Assembly (NCBI GenBank): GCA_012838805.1 | Contig: DUON01000020.1 | Location: forward strand, 16,593-80,592 | Length of the DNA: 64,000 bases | DNA from: Clostridiales bacterium | GTDB lineage: Bacteria > Bacillota > Clostridia > Christensenellales > DTU072 | Direction of reading: 5' to 3' | Shown here: positions 49,674 through 58,451 of the stretch, one piece after another | Numbering within the stretch: position 1 is the first letter of the stretch | Layout: each line of letters opens with the position of its first letter | The notes under the pieces: model-generated | Database searches by the model: none | Seen by the model: the letters and a program-made list of their open reading frames with translations, nothing else | What the model was told of the DNA's origin: nothing | Position numbers and translations under genes: made by a program

Positions 49674-50618
49674 ATGCTCGATAACAAAGAAATGAGAGAT
49701 GTGTATTGCGATAAGCTCTTGGAACTTGCCAAACAAAACAAAGATATAGTTATATTGGAAGCCGACCTTATGAAAAGCACCAAGACAGATAGGTTTTTCA
49801 AGGAATACCCGGAAAGGTCTTTTGATGTAGGGGTGGCGGAAGCCAATATGATGGGGGTGGCGGCAGGGCTTGCCGCATGCGGAAAGATACCCTTTTGCGC
49901 CACATTTGCTCCGTTCGCCACAAGAAGATGTTATGATCAGGTGTTTATTTCAATATGCTATTCGCAACAGAATGTAAAAATAATAGGAACAGATCCCGGA
50001 ATAGCCGCCGAACTCAATGGCGGAACGCATATGCCCTTTGAGGATATGGGCATTATGAGAACAATCCCCGACTTGGTGTGCGTGGAGCCCACCGACGCCG
50101 CCATGTTGGAAAGCTTGGTCCCGCAGATAGCGGACTATAAGGGCGCGGTATATGTTCGAATGTTTAGAAAAAAAGCACATAAGATATTTGATGAAAGCGA
50201 CACCTTTGATTTATTCAAAGCAAAAAAGATAAGAAAAGGAAAGGACTGCACTATTATTTGTTCAGGCATAATGGTCAAAAAAGCGCTTGACGCACAAAAA
50301 GAGCTTGAACAACAAGGATACGACATTGGGATACTAAACACTGCGACTTGGAAACCCATAGATAAAGAAATGGTGATTGAGTGCGCCAAAGAGAGCGGAG
50401 CGATAGTCACCGCGGAAAACCACAATATCCATAACGGACTTGGAAGTGCTGTCGCCGAAGTATTGGTGGAGAACTATCCCGTCCCAATGAAAAGAATTGG
50501 TATAAAAGACCGTTTTGGGCAGGTTGGAAAAATGGACTTTTTGGAAAAAGAATACAATATCTCCATATCTGACATTGTTCAAGCGGTAAAAGAAACCATA
50601 AAAAGAAAGAAAGCATAA
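49674..50618 (+). CDS. Transketolase, C-terminal (pyrimidine-binding) subunit
   Basis: The start is set at the ATG at 49674 with an AGGAGG RBS. It shows FDVGVAEANMMGVAAGLA and GGTHMPFEDMGIMR. Confidence 0.9.
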   Translation: MLDNKEMRDVYCDKLLELAKQNKDIVILEADLMKSTKTDRFFKEYPERSFDVGVAEANMMGVAAGLAACGKIPFCATFAPFATRRCYDQVFISICYSQQNVKIIGTDPGIAAELNGGTHMPFEDMGIMRTIPDLVCVEPTDAAMLESLVPQIADYKGAVYVRMFRKKAHKIFDESDTFDLFKAKKIRKGKDCTIICSGIMVKKALDAQKELEQQGYDIGILNTATWKPIDKEMVIECAKESGAIVTAENHNIHNGLGSAVAEVLVENYPVPMKRIGIKDRFGQVGKMDFLEKEYNISISDIVQAVKETIKRKKA

Positions 50619-50700
50619 AAATTCACGCAAAAACAAAAGATTAAAGACTTAACTATAAAAACAAAAAATTAGAGAAACTAAGACTAAAAAAATAGAAAGA

Positions 50701-52122
50701 ATGTTTAAGAAAAAGAGAAAAAAGCCTGATTTGGAAAATCGGATGATAAAGCCTCAAAGAAAAGCGCTTATTGTGAAGGAACAAAAAAACGCAATAAGTG
50801 TTTTTTTTCATGACCAATTAATATTAAAACATTCAGTACATAAACCTTTCGCAACCGCCGAATGTCGTCAAAATGTAAAATATGGAAGAAAAACCCAATG
50901 CGTCAGGAAACGGACGCCTTTGACTATGGCGGAGATAGACAAAGATAAGAATATAATCACTTTTTATAAAGAGCCGATAAGCATAAAAACAGAGCTTAAA
51001 GAAAAAGACTGCTTTCTCTATATGGACATTATCAACAACACAAATCAGGCGGTTAAGATAAATGTTCCACGTGGAACAAAAGAAAAAGGTCAAAAAAAAG
51101 AGCAGAAAACTTATCAAAAAGAGCTTTTTACTACCAAAAGACCCAACCTTATGCTTAACGAAAAGCTTATGCTAAGCATAGAGACGCTTTATGAGTGGGA
51201 TATTTATAGGACGAACAAAGAAGCCGAAATAGAGCTTGGAAAAAAAGCAACCTTGCTTTTTATCAAATGTGACGACAAGGATGACGGTGTAAAGAAATAT
51301 ATAGCCGAAAAAAATATCATCATGCCGAAATTTGACAAAAAAGAGGGAGTGTACCTTACCGTCAGCCGAAAAAACTATATAAAAAAGGTAGAGAAGTTAA
51401 GAGAAGCACACCTTCCCGTCCAAGGCATAATTTTGGACGATATCGAGATTAGGCAAGAGATAGACCGCGCGATAAGCTACGCCAAGAAGAACAAACTGGA
51501 AGTCTATATAAAGATGAAGCCGTACATTCCCATAAACAGAAAATATCAAGAGCAAAAAAAAGAGCTTATGCTTAAAGACCATGAGGGCAGGCTTTACATA
51601 CAAGAAATCAACCAAAAGAAGTATTATGCTGTGGATTTATCAAAAAAAGCCGCGGTGAAGTGGCAAAGAAATTTGATACGGGAGATGCTGGATAAAGGAG
51701 TCAAGGGCATAATCGCCGAAAAAGCGGTTTTTGACAAAGAAAAGGTGAATATAACAAGCCATGCCGACTTTGACTACTCCGAAGTATGGCATATCATCTG
51801 GCAGAAGCTTATCAAAGAGGCTGTGGATGAATATCCAAACAGAACTTTACTTATCAGAAACAACGGGATAAGGTCGGTCAGGTACGGCGTATTAATGACG
51901 GACGAGAAAAACTGGCGGGATATTGACCGCATAAAGAAAGATATAGACAAAACCAAGCTTTTAGGGACGGACACGGTGATTACCGAGATAGGCGGAGTGC
52001 TCAATAAAGGCGAGAAAAGGTATAAAAAGCTTAGAAAATGGAAAGAAATCGCCAATATCATGCCTATGGTAATCTTTGGGAACATCCCTGAAAAGATAAT
52101 CGAAAGAATTTATGCCGAATAG
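50701..52122 (+). CDS. Lys-rich hypothetical protein (weak GH31-like TIM-barrel resemblance in the C-terminal half; catalytic motif not conserved)
   Basis: 473-aa uninterrupted ORF. LREAHLPVQGIILDD...KGVKGIIAEKAVFD loosely follows the GH31 pattern (..IPxDxxxxD.. / GxDGxWxDxxE) without the Asp nucleophile context. It contains an internal parS. Confidence 0.45.
   Translation: MFKKKRKKPDLENRMIKPQRKALIVKEQKNAISVFFHDQLILKHSVHKPFATAECRQNVKYGRKTQCVRKRTPLTMAEIDKDKNIITFYKEPISIKTELKEKDCFLYMDIINNTNQAVKINVPRGTKEKGQKKEQKTYQKELFTTKRPNLMLNEKLMLSIETLYEWDIYRTNKEAEIELGKKATLLFIKCDDKDDGVKKYIAEKNIIMPKFDKKEGVYLTVSRKNYIKKVEKLREAHLPVQGIILDDIEIRQEIDRAISYAKKNKLEVYIKMKPYIPINRKYQEQKKELMLKDHEGRLYIQEINQKKYYAVDLSKKAAVKWQRNLIREMLDKGVKGIIAEKAVFDKEKVNITSHADFDYSEVWHIIWQKLIKEAVDEYPNRTLLIRNNGIRSVRYGVLMTDEKNWRDIDRIKKDIDKTKLLGTDTVITEIGGVLNKGEKRYKKLRKWKEIANIMPMVIFGNIPEKIIERIYAE
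51063..51078. other. parS site 1 (intragenic)
   Basis: TGTTCCACGTGGAACA is a perfect 16-bp palindrome. It matches the Firmicute parS consensus TGTTNCACGTGAAACA at 15/16 positions. Confidence 0.8.
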
Positions 52123-52168
52123 AAAAAACCCAAAAAAGGCGTAAAACAAGCCTTTCAGGATGTTAAAA

Positions 52169-52184
52169 TGTTCCACGTGGAACA
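52169..52184. other. parS site 2 (intergenic, also a terminator hairpin)
   Basis: The 16-mer is identical to site 1. It extends to the 18-bp palindrome atgttccacgtggaacat (52168-52185) and is followed by T7. Confidence 0.8.
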
Positions 52185-52215
52185 TTTTTTTATTTATCCG
52201 TCCCCTTTCTATTTC

Positions 52216-52244
52216 TTGACATTGCGATTTTCTTAATGTATAAT
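52216..52244 (+). promoter_or_regulatory. Consensus promoter of the rpmH operon
   Basis: TTGACA (52216-52221), a 17-nt spacer, then TATAAT (52239-52244). Confidence 0.65.
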
Positions 52245-52297
52245 TTCATAGCTTATATTAAGTAAAAAAGATAATAATTTATATAGAGGAGACCAAC

Positions 52298-52432
52298 ATG
52301 AAGAGAACCTATCAACCAAAAAAGAGACAGAACAGCAAGGTACACGGCTTTAGGAAGAGAATGAAGACCCAGTCGGGCAGAAATGTGCTTGCAAGAAGAA
52401 GAAGAAAGGGAAGAGCCAGGCTCAGCGCCTAA
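52298..52432 (+). CDS. rpmH: 50S ribosomal protein L34 (missing from the ORF track because it is 44 aa)
   Basis: The ATG at 52298 has a GAGGAG RBS. The translation is [44 protein letters not shown]. Confidence 0.9.
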   Translation: MKRTYQPKKRQNSKVHGFRKRMKTQSGRNVLARRRRKGRARLSA

Positions 52433-52438
52433 AAGGTC

Positions 52439-52786
52439 ATGCAAAAAGAGTACCGCTTAACAAACAATAGCTCTTTTCGTTATATATTCAGAAACGGTTT
52501 TAGAAGCCGCAAGGAATATTTGACGCTGTACTATGTGAAAGCGGCGAACAAGAAAGTAGGCGTCAGCGTAAGCAAAAAAGTAGGCAACAGCGTTGTCAGA
52601 AGCAGAGTAAAAAGACTTATTAAAGAGGCGTTTAGATCATTGATTGACCAAGTGGGCGATTATAATTTTGTAGTGGTGGCCCACCCAAGCAGCAAAGATG
52701 CGGATTTTCATCAAATAAAGGAAGAGTTGATTTATCTTTTGAAAGGACAGGGCATAATAGGAGTAAAAGATGAAGACCGTGTGTAA
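52439..52786 (+). CDS. rnpA: RNase P protein component
   Basis: 115 aa and basic, directly after rpmH. SVSKKVGNSVVRSRVKRLIKEAFR is the RNR-type motif. Confidence 0.85.
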   Translation: MQKEYRLTNNSSFRYIFRNGFRSRKEYLTLYYVKAANKKVGVSVSKKVGNSVVRSRVKRLIKEAFRSLIDQVGDYNFVVVAHPSSKDADFHQIKEELIYLLKGQGIIGVKDEDRV

Positions 52787-53012
52787 AAAGATGATCTTAT
52801 TCTATAAGAGGTTTATTTCTCCTTCGCTTGGGGCAAAGTGCAGATACACCCCCACTTGTTCGATATATACGCTGGACGCCATTGAAAAATACGGGGCATT
52901 AAGAGGGATTTTTATGGGAATGATAAGAATACTTCGCTGCAACCCCTTTGCAAAAGGCGGTTTTGACCCCGTAAGAGAAAACTTAAAAGGAAGTGCGAAA
53001 TGGACATTGTAG
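52770..53012 (+). CDS. yidD: Membrane protein insertion efficiency factor YidD
   Basis: 80 aa, with YKRFISPSLGAKCRYTPTCSIYTLDAIEKYG. Confidence 0.85.
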   Translation: MKTVCKKMILFYKRFISPSLGAKCRYTPTCSIYTLDAIEKYGALRGIFMGMIRILRCNPFAKGGFDPVRENLKGSAKWTL

Positions 53013-54115
53013 GACTTATGGCAACCCAGCTCAATCTGATTGGGAAATTAATTTATAATGTGCTGTATTCGTGGGTAAGCGAATGGGGCGGCAGCGCTTA
53101 TTTTGGTGCGTTCAGCATCACGGTTATACTTTTTACCATATTCTTAAAGGTGGCGACATCGCCTTTTGATATTTGGCAAAAGAGAATCACCCGAAAGAAC
53201 CAAAAGATAATGGAAGTTATGAAGCCCGAGCTGGACAAGGTCACCAAGCAATGTGGCAACAACAGGGAACTGCTTATGCAAAAGCAAAGGGCGATATACA
53301 AAAAGTATAAGTACAGCGCTTTTGCAAGCTGTTTGCCCATGATAATCACTCTTGCCATATTCATAACGGTGCTGACCGGCTTTAACAGCGCCGTAAGATA
53401 TCATAACTATACCACCTTTCAAAACCTAAGTCAGGTATATTCGGACAGCTTTAATGAAAAGATGCAAGAGATTATTGACGAGGGGCGGGCGGTTTTGGAC
53501 GAAAACGGAAGACCTGTCCCCGCCGAGGGATATAATGAAAGCCAATTAAGAAAAGAAATGGAAGAGTATGCGGAAGCGGCGGTGGTCCAAGCGCATGAGC
53601 CCGAAAGGTTTTTATTGACCACCAATATATTTATGCCCGACACATGGGCGAACCCCATTCCCACCGTGGATGTTTTCAGCAACACGGGAATAGGCAAGCT
53701 GGGGATTACCGATGTGGACAAAAACGAGTATGAGCGGGTTATGAAGCCCCTTATGGAAAAATACAATGTCACCGAAAAAGGCAAGCGCGCGTGGAACGGG
53801 TATCTGATGTTGCCTATTTTGGCGTTTATACTCAATATGTTCGGCTCAAAGCTCAACAAACCGCCAGAACAGCCGCAAATGGCGGGACAGACCGAGGAAC
53901 AGATAAAGGCGCAGCAGGCGCAGACAAAGATGCTGACATATATGATGCCGATTATGATGGCGGTGTTTGCCTTTTTGTATTCCACGGCTTTTGCGCTGTA
54001 TATGTTTTTGAATTCCGCTATAACCACGCTGTTTAATTTGATTTATAATATTGTGGCGAAGAAAAAGGACGACAAAGAAAGAGAACATAGGCTTGCCACA
54101 ACACTGAAGAGATAG
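53000..54115 (+). CDS. yidC: YidC/Oxa1-family membrane insertase (long form, no lipobox)
   Basis: 371 aa. It shows ILFTIFLKVATSPFDIWQKR...MKPELDKV...CLPMIITLAIF and the C-terminal TM pair. A ~100-aa soluble insertion follows TM2. Confidence 0.8.
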   Translation: MDIVGLMATQLNLIGKLIYNVLYSWVSEWGGSAYFGAFSITVILFTIFLKVATSPFDIWQKRITRKNQKIMEVMKPELDKVTKQCGNNRELLMQKQRAIYKKYKYSAFASCLPMIITLAIFITVLTGFNSAVRYHNYTTFQNLSQVYSDSFNEKMQEIIDEGRAVLDENGRPVPAEGYNESQLRKEMEEYAEAAVVQAHEPERFLLTTNIFMPDTWANPIPTVDVFSNTGIGKLGITDVDKNEYERVMKPLMEKYNVTEKGKRAWNGYLMLPILAFILNMFGSKLNKPPEQPQMAGQTEEQIKAQQAQTKMLTYMMPIMMAVFAFLYSTAFALYMFLNSAITTLFNLIYNIVAKKKDDKEREHRLATTLKR

Positions 54116-54128
54116 AGGAGAAGAAAAA

Positions 54129-54830
54129 ATGTCAAATGAATTTAAGGGCGCAAGCGTAGACGCAGCCATTGAAGAAGGGCTTAAGAAACTGGGAATAGAA
54201 AGAGAAGACGCCCAAATAGAAGTGCTTCACAAGGGAGGGCTTTTTAAAAAAGCGGTAGTAAAAATTGAAAAAAGGAAGTACGAAGAAATTGAAAATCCTG
54301 AAGAGAGTTCGGGCAAGAAGTTCATAGAGGATATCCTGAACTATATGAACCTTAACTGCACTGTGGAGCAAAGGGAAAAAGGCGAGGAGATAAGCTTCTT
54401 CATCAAGGGCGAAGACGCCAACAGAATTATAGGGCACAGGGGAGAAACCTTGGACGCCCTGCAATATCTTGTGACAAGCAAGCTTTTAAGCGAGGGCAAG
54501 AAATACCAAAGAGTGGTTGTGGATGCTGACTTTTACCGTCAAAAAAGAGAAAAGACACTTACGAACCTTGCCAGAAGACTGGCGAGAAAGGCGGCGAGTA
54601 CGGGAAGCGAAGTGGAGCTGGAGCCCATGACCTCTTTTGAAAGAAGGATTATCCATACCGCCCTTCAAAAGAACAAGCTTGCCACCACCCGAAGCGAAGG
54701 ACAAGGAAAGGACAGGCATATAGTCATATCCCCTCTTGAAGAAATGCGTTTGGAATACGGTCCCACATCTTTCAGCAAGACCGGACCAAAAAAAACCCAA
54801 AAATTCGGATATAAGAGAAAGAGATTCTAA
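54129..54830 (+). CDS. jag: Jag/KhpB RNA-binding protein (Jag_N + KH + R3H)
   Basis: 233 aa. The N-terminus is KGASVDAAIEEGLKKLGIEREDAQIEVL and the R3H motif is FERRIIHTALQ. Confidence 0.8.
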   Translation: MSNEFKGASVDAAIEEGLKKLGIEREDAQIEVLHKGGLFKKAVVKIEKRKYEEIENPEESSGKKFIEDILNYMNLNCTVEQREKGEEISFFIKGEDANRIIGHRGETLDALQYLVTSKLLSEGKKYQRVVVDADFYRQKREKTLTNLARRLARKAASTGSEVELEPMTSFERRIIHTALQKNKLATTRSEGQGKDRHIVISPLEEMRLEYGPTSFSKTGPKKTQKFGYKRKRF

Positions 54831-56162
54831 ATGAGCGGGACAATTGTCGCTTTATCCACTTCCACAGCCACAATGGCGGGAATAAATATCGTGAGAATGT
54901 CTGGCGAAAAGGCAAAGTCCATTGCCGACCAAATCTTTGAGAGCAAATCCATAAAAAACAAGGTTATGTCTCCCAATCATATGTATTTGGGGAACATAAA
55001 GACCGATAAGTTTACAGAAAAGGCTTTTTGTGTATATTACAAAAAGCCTAAATCATATACCGGCGAAGATGTCATAGAGTTTCATTGCCACGGGGGAGCG
55101 CTTGTCGCCAACGCCATAGTGGAGCTGTGCTTGGAAAAGGGTTGCCGTCCCGCCCAAGCGGGGGAGTTCACCCAAAGGGCATTTTTTAACGGAAAGCTGG
55201 ACCTTAGCCAAGCGGAGGGGATTATGGAAATTATCTCCGCTACCAACCAAAGCCAGCTTATACAAGGCTATAAGCTCATGCATGGCGAGGTTTCCAAGGG
55301 AATATATGATATGGAACAAAGGCTTTTAAGGCTTATGGCGAATTTGGAAGTCAGGCTGGACTATCCCGAAGAGACCGAGGACGAGCCCGATTTGGAGTAT
55401 CAAGAGGAAATAAAGGACATAATACAAAGAATAAAAATTCTTCTAAAAAACGCCAAATACGCAAAGACCATAAACGAGGGCGTGGATGTGGCAATCGTCG
55501 GGCTTCCCAATGTGGGCAAGAGCAGCCTCTTAAACGGGCTTATTATGCAGGATAGGGCGATAGTCACGGATATAGCCGGCACCACAAGGGATGTCATAAG
55601 CCATACCATTGAGCTTGACGGCATAAAAATAAATATCTTAGACACCGCCGGCATAAGAGAAAGCCGAGACAAAATCGAGAGAATGGGCATTGAGCGCACC
55701 AAAGAGAGTATCAAGGCGGCGGAGATTGTCATTTTTGTCACAGACTTGTCCCAACCCGAGACAAAAGAGGAAAGGGAGATAGAAAAGCTTATTAAGGACA
55801 AAAAGGTCATACGGGTTGCCAACAAAAAGGACATAGAGAAGTATCCAAGAAAACAAAGCCTTTATATAAAAGCCAATCCGCCAAGGGATATCCAAGCGGT
55901 TAAAGAAGAGCTGTTGAGGCTTGCGGAAAGGGACAAGATATTTTCCAACGAGATTATTTTCACCAATCAAAGGCATATCCATTGCCTAAAAAAAGCAAAA
56001 GAGCTTTTGGAAAACACGCTTGAAGAGTTTTCTTTAGTGGGTGCCGAATGCAATTTGGTAGGCTTAAGAGAGGCTTATGGCTGGCTTGCGAAAATAACCG
56101 GTCATGACATAAGCGAAAGCGTTGCAAAGGAGGTCTTTTCCACTTTCTGTGTGGGAAAATGA
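54831..56162 (+). CDS. mnmE: tRNA modification GTPase MnmE
   Basis: 443 aa. The G1 motif is GLPNVGKSSLLN, followed by DTAGIRE. The C-terminus FCVGK is typical. Confidence 0.9.
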   Translation: MSGTIVALSTSTATMAGINIVRMSGEKAKSIADQIFESKSIKNKVMSPNHMYLGNIKTDKFTEKAFCVYYKKPKSYTGEDVIEFHCHGGALVANAIVELCLEKGCRPAQAGEFTQRAFFNGKLDLSQAEGIMEIISATNQSQLIQGYKLMHGEVSKGIYDMEQRLLRLMANLEVRLDYPEETEDEPDLEYQEEIKDIIQRIKILLKNAKYAKTINEGVDVAIVGLPNVGKSSLLNGLIMQDRAIVTDIAGTTRDVISHTIELDGIKINILDTAGIRESRDKIERMGIERTKESIKAAEIVIFVTDLSQPETKEEREIEKLIKDKKVIRVANKKDIEKYPRKQSLYIKANPPRDIQAVKEELLRLAERDKIFSNEIIFTNQRHIHCLKKAKELLENTLEEFSLVGAECNLVGLREAYGWLAKITGHDISESVAKEVFSTFCVGK

Positions 56163-56166
56163 GAGT

Positions 56167-56601
56167 ATGAGAGCGATTGTTCAAAGGGTAAAAAAAGCGT
56201 CCGTTCAGATCGGATCAGAAGTTAAGAACTCAATTGGAAGAGGAATACTGGTGCTGTGCGCTTTCAGAGAGGGAGACGACGAGAAAAAGATTAAATGGGC
56301 GGCGGAGAGGATATCCAAGCTTAGGATTTTTAGGGACTTAAACCACAAGCTTAACCGTTCGGTATCGGACGAAAAAGGCGAAGCCTTAGTCGTTTCTAAC
56401 TTTACGCTGTACGGCAATTGTGCGCATGGGACAAGACCCGACTTTTCCAAATCAGCAAATTTTCAAACGGCTTTGCCGATGTATGAGATGTTTGTTAGGG
56501 AGCTTAATAAGAGAGTTCCCACAAAGACAGGGGAATTTGGAGGCGACATGACGCTGGAAATTGTCGCAGACGGTCCTGTAACGGTGGTGGTGGACAATTG
56601 A
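56167..56601 (+). CDS. dtd: D-aminoacyl-tRNA deacylase
   Basis: The start is set at the ATG at 56167 (MRAIVQRVKKASVQI). It shows SNFTLYG, TRPDFSKSA and the C-terminal GPVT. Confidence 0.85.
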   Translation: MRAIVQRVKKASVQIGSEVKNSIGRGILVLCAFREGDDEKKIKWAAERISKLRIFRDLNHKLNRSVSDEKGEALVVSNFTLYGNCAHGTRPDFSKSANFQTALPMYEMFVRELNKRVPTKTGEFGGDMTLEIVADGPVTVVVDN

Positions 56602-58451
56602 GTAAAGACTTTGATCTCTGCGTAGTGGGAGCGGGACACGCTGGCATAGAAGCGGCGCTGGCGGCGGCGCGTCGGGGCAAAAAGACGCTGGTCGTCACTT
56701 TATGCTTGAACTCAATTGGGTTTTTGGCGTGCAATCCCAATATCGGCGGAACGGCGAAAGCCCAATTGGTCAAAGAAATAGACGCCTTGGGCGGATATAT
56801 CGGCGAGGCGGCGGACAAGGCGACTATTCAGATAAGGATGCTCAATGCGTCCAGCGGTCCCGCCGTGCAGAGCTTAAGAGCCCAAGTGGACAAAAACAAG
56901 TATCATATCATTATGAAAAAAAAGCTGGAAGAAAAAGACAATATCACCCTTCTTGAAAGCGATGTCACGGATATTATTGTTGAAAACAACAAAGTTAAGG
57001 GCATAAAGACCAATCTGGGCGACAAGTACTATTGCAAGGCGTTGATTTTAACCACCGGCGTTTTTTTGGGGGCACGGATTATCATAGGCGAATATATCCA
57101 AAACAGCGGTCCATCGGGCTTTTCGAGAAGTGAAAAGCTGACAAAAAGCCTCTTGGAGCTTGGGCTTCCCATAAGACGCTTTAAGACGGGAACTCCGCCA
57201 AGGGTGCTTGCCAAGACAATTGATTTTGATAAGATGCAGGAACAAAGAGGCGAAGACTTTTTGCCTAAGTTTTCCCTTATGACGGATTTTGAAATCAAAA
57301 ATACCCATAAATGCTATCTGACTTATACCAATGAAAAGACCCATGAGATTATCAGAAAGAACATACACCGAGCGCCGCTCTATAACGGCTCTATCGAGGG
57401 GATAGGTCCGAGGTACTGCCCGTCTATTGAGGATAAGATTTTTCGCTTCCCCGACAAGGATAAACACCAGATTTTTATAGAGCCCGAGGGAGAGGACACC
57501 TTGGAGATGTATGTTCAGGGGCTGTCTACATCCATGCCCTTTGATGTTCAAGAACAGATGATGCATACGGTACGGGGCTTGGAAAGGGCGCGTATCGCAC
57601 GGTACGGGTACGCCATAGAATATGACTGCCTTGACCCCGAATGCCTGCTTCCCACTATGGGCATAAAGGGCATAGAGGGACTATATTCCGCCGGGCAGAT
57701 AAACGGCTCCAGCGGTTATGAAGAAGCCGCGGCGCAAGGGCTTATGGCGGGAGTGAACGCCGTAAACTATATAGAGGGAATGCCCCCCTTTATATTGAGA
57801 AGGGATGAGGCTTATATCGGTGTGCTGATTGACGACTTGGTGACCAAGGGCGTCAACGAACCTTACAGAATGATGACTTCAAGGGCGGAATATCGCCTTT
57901 ACCTAAGGCAGGACAACGCCGACCTAAGGCTTGCCCAAAAGGGTTGGGAACAAGGTATTATCGACGAAAAAAGATATAAAAGATATCAAGAGAAAAAAGA
58001 AAAAATCCAAAAGTTAATGGATAGGCTTGAAAAAAGCTATTCCCCCAAAGAAGTCACCAGCGTTTTTGAGAGAAAAAACCAGCCCCCGCCCAAAGCCGGC
58101 GTTAAAGCAAAGGACATCTTAAAAAGGGTGGGTATGGACATTGACGACCTTATAGCAATCGACCCAAGCTTCAAAGACGAAGAAAGGGAGATTTTGCTGT
58201 ACGCCCAAACCGAGATAAAATACCAAGGCTATATGAAAAAACAAGAGCAGTCCATAAAAGAGCTAAAGAGAATGGAAAATAAAGAAATCCCCAAGGACAT
58301 AGATTATGATAAAATAAAAGGGCTCAGAATCGAGGCAAAGGACAAATTAAAAAAAATACAGCCTTTGACGCTGGCGCAAGCGGGCAGAATCAGCGGAGTC
58401 AACCCCGCCGATATCTTGGTCTTGATGATATGGATAGAAAAGAACAAATGA
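56598..58451 (+). CDS. mnmG: tRNA uridine 5-carboxymethylaminomethyl modification enzyme MnmG
   Basis: 617 aa. The TTG start overlaps the dtd stop (TTGA). The FAD motif is VVGAGHAGIEAA, followed by GPRYCPSIEDK and QINGSSGYEEAAAQG. Confidence 0.95.
   Translation: MSKDFDLCVVGAGHAGIEAALAAARRGKKTLVVTLCLNSIGFLACNPNIGGTAKAQLVKEIDALGGYIGEAADKATIQIRMLNASSGPAVQSLRAQVDKNKYHIIMKKKLEEKDNITLLESDVTDIIVENNKVKGIKTNLGDKYYCKALILTTGVFLGARIIIGEYIQNSGPSGFSRSEKLTKSLLELGLPIRRFKTGTPPRVLAKTIDFDKMQEQRGEDFLPKFSLMTDFEIKNTHKCYLTYTNEKTHEIIRKNIHRAPLYNGSIEGIGPRYCPSIEDKIFRFPDKDKHQIFIEPEGEDTLEMYVQGLSTSMPFDVQEQMMHTVRGLERARIARYGYAIEYDCLDPECLLPTMGIKGIEGLYSAGQINGSSGYEEAAAQGLMAGVNAVNYIEGMPPFILRRDEAYIGVLIDDLVTKGVNEPYRMMTSRAEYRLYLRQDNADLRLAQKGWEQGIIDEKRYKRYQEKKEKIQKLMDRLEKSYSPKEVTSVFERKNQPPPKAGVKAKDILKRVGMDIDDLIAIDPSFKDEEREILLYAQTEIKYQGYMKKQEQSIKELKRMENKEIPKDIDYDKIKGLRIEAKDKLKKIQPLTLAQAGRISGVNPADILVLMIWIEKNK

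Noticed and set aside
52194-52202. TTATCCGTC upstream of rpmH as an extra DnaA box
   Set aside because: It matches the consensus at only 7/9 positions and stands alone, which is not enough to propose a second origin segment.
52253-52444. 63-aa minus-strand ORF from the track
   Set aside because: The plus strand here encodes a textbook L34 ([10 protein letters not shown]...) with an RBS and a consensus promoter. The antisense ORF is spurious.
53795-53805. Half parS-like motif CGTGGAAC inside yidC
   Set aside because: Only one half-site is present and the left arm (TGTTCCA) is absent. This is likely chance.
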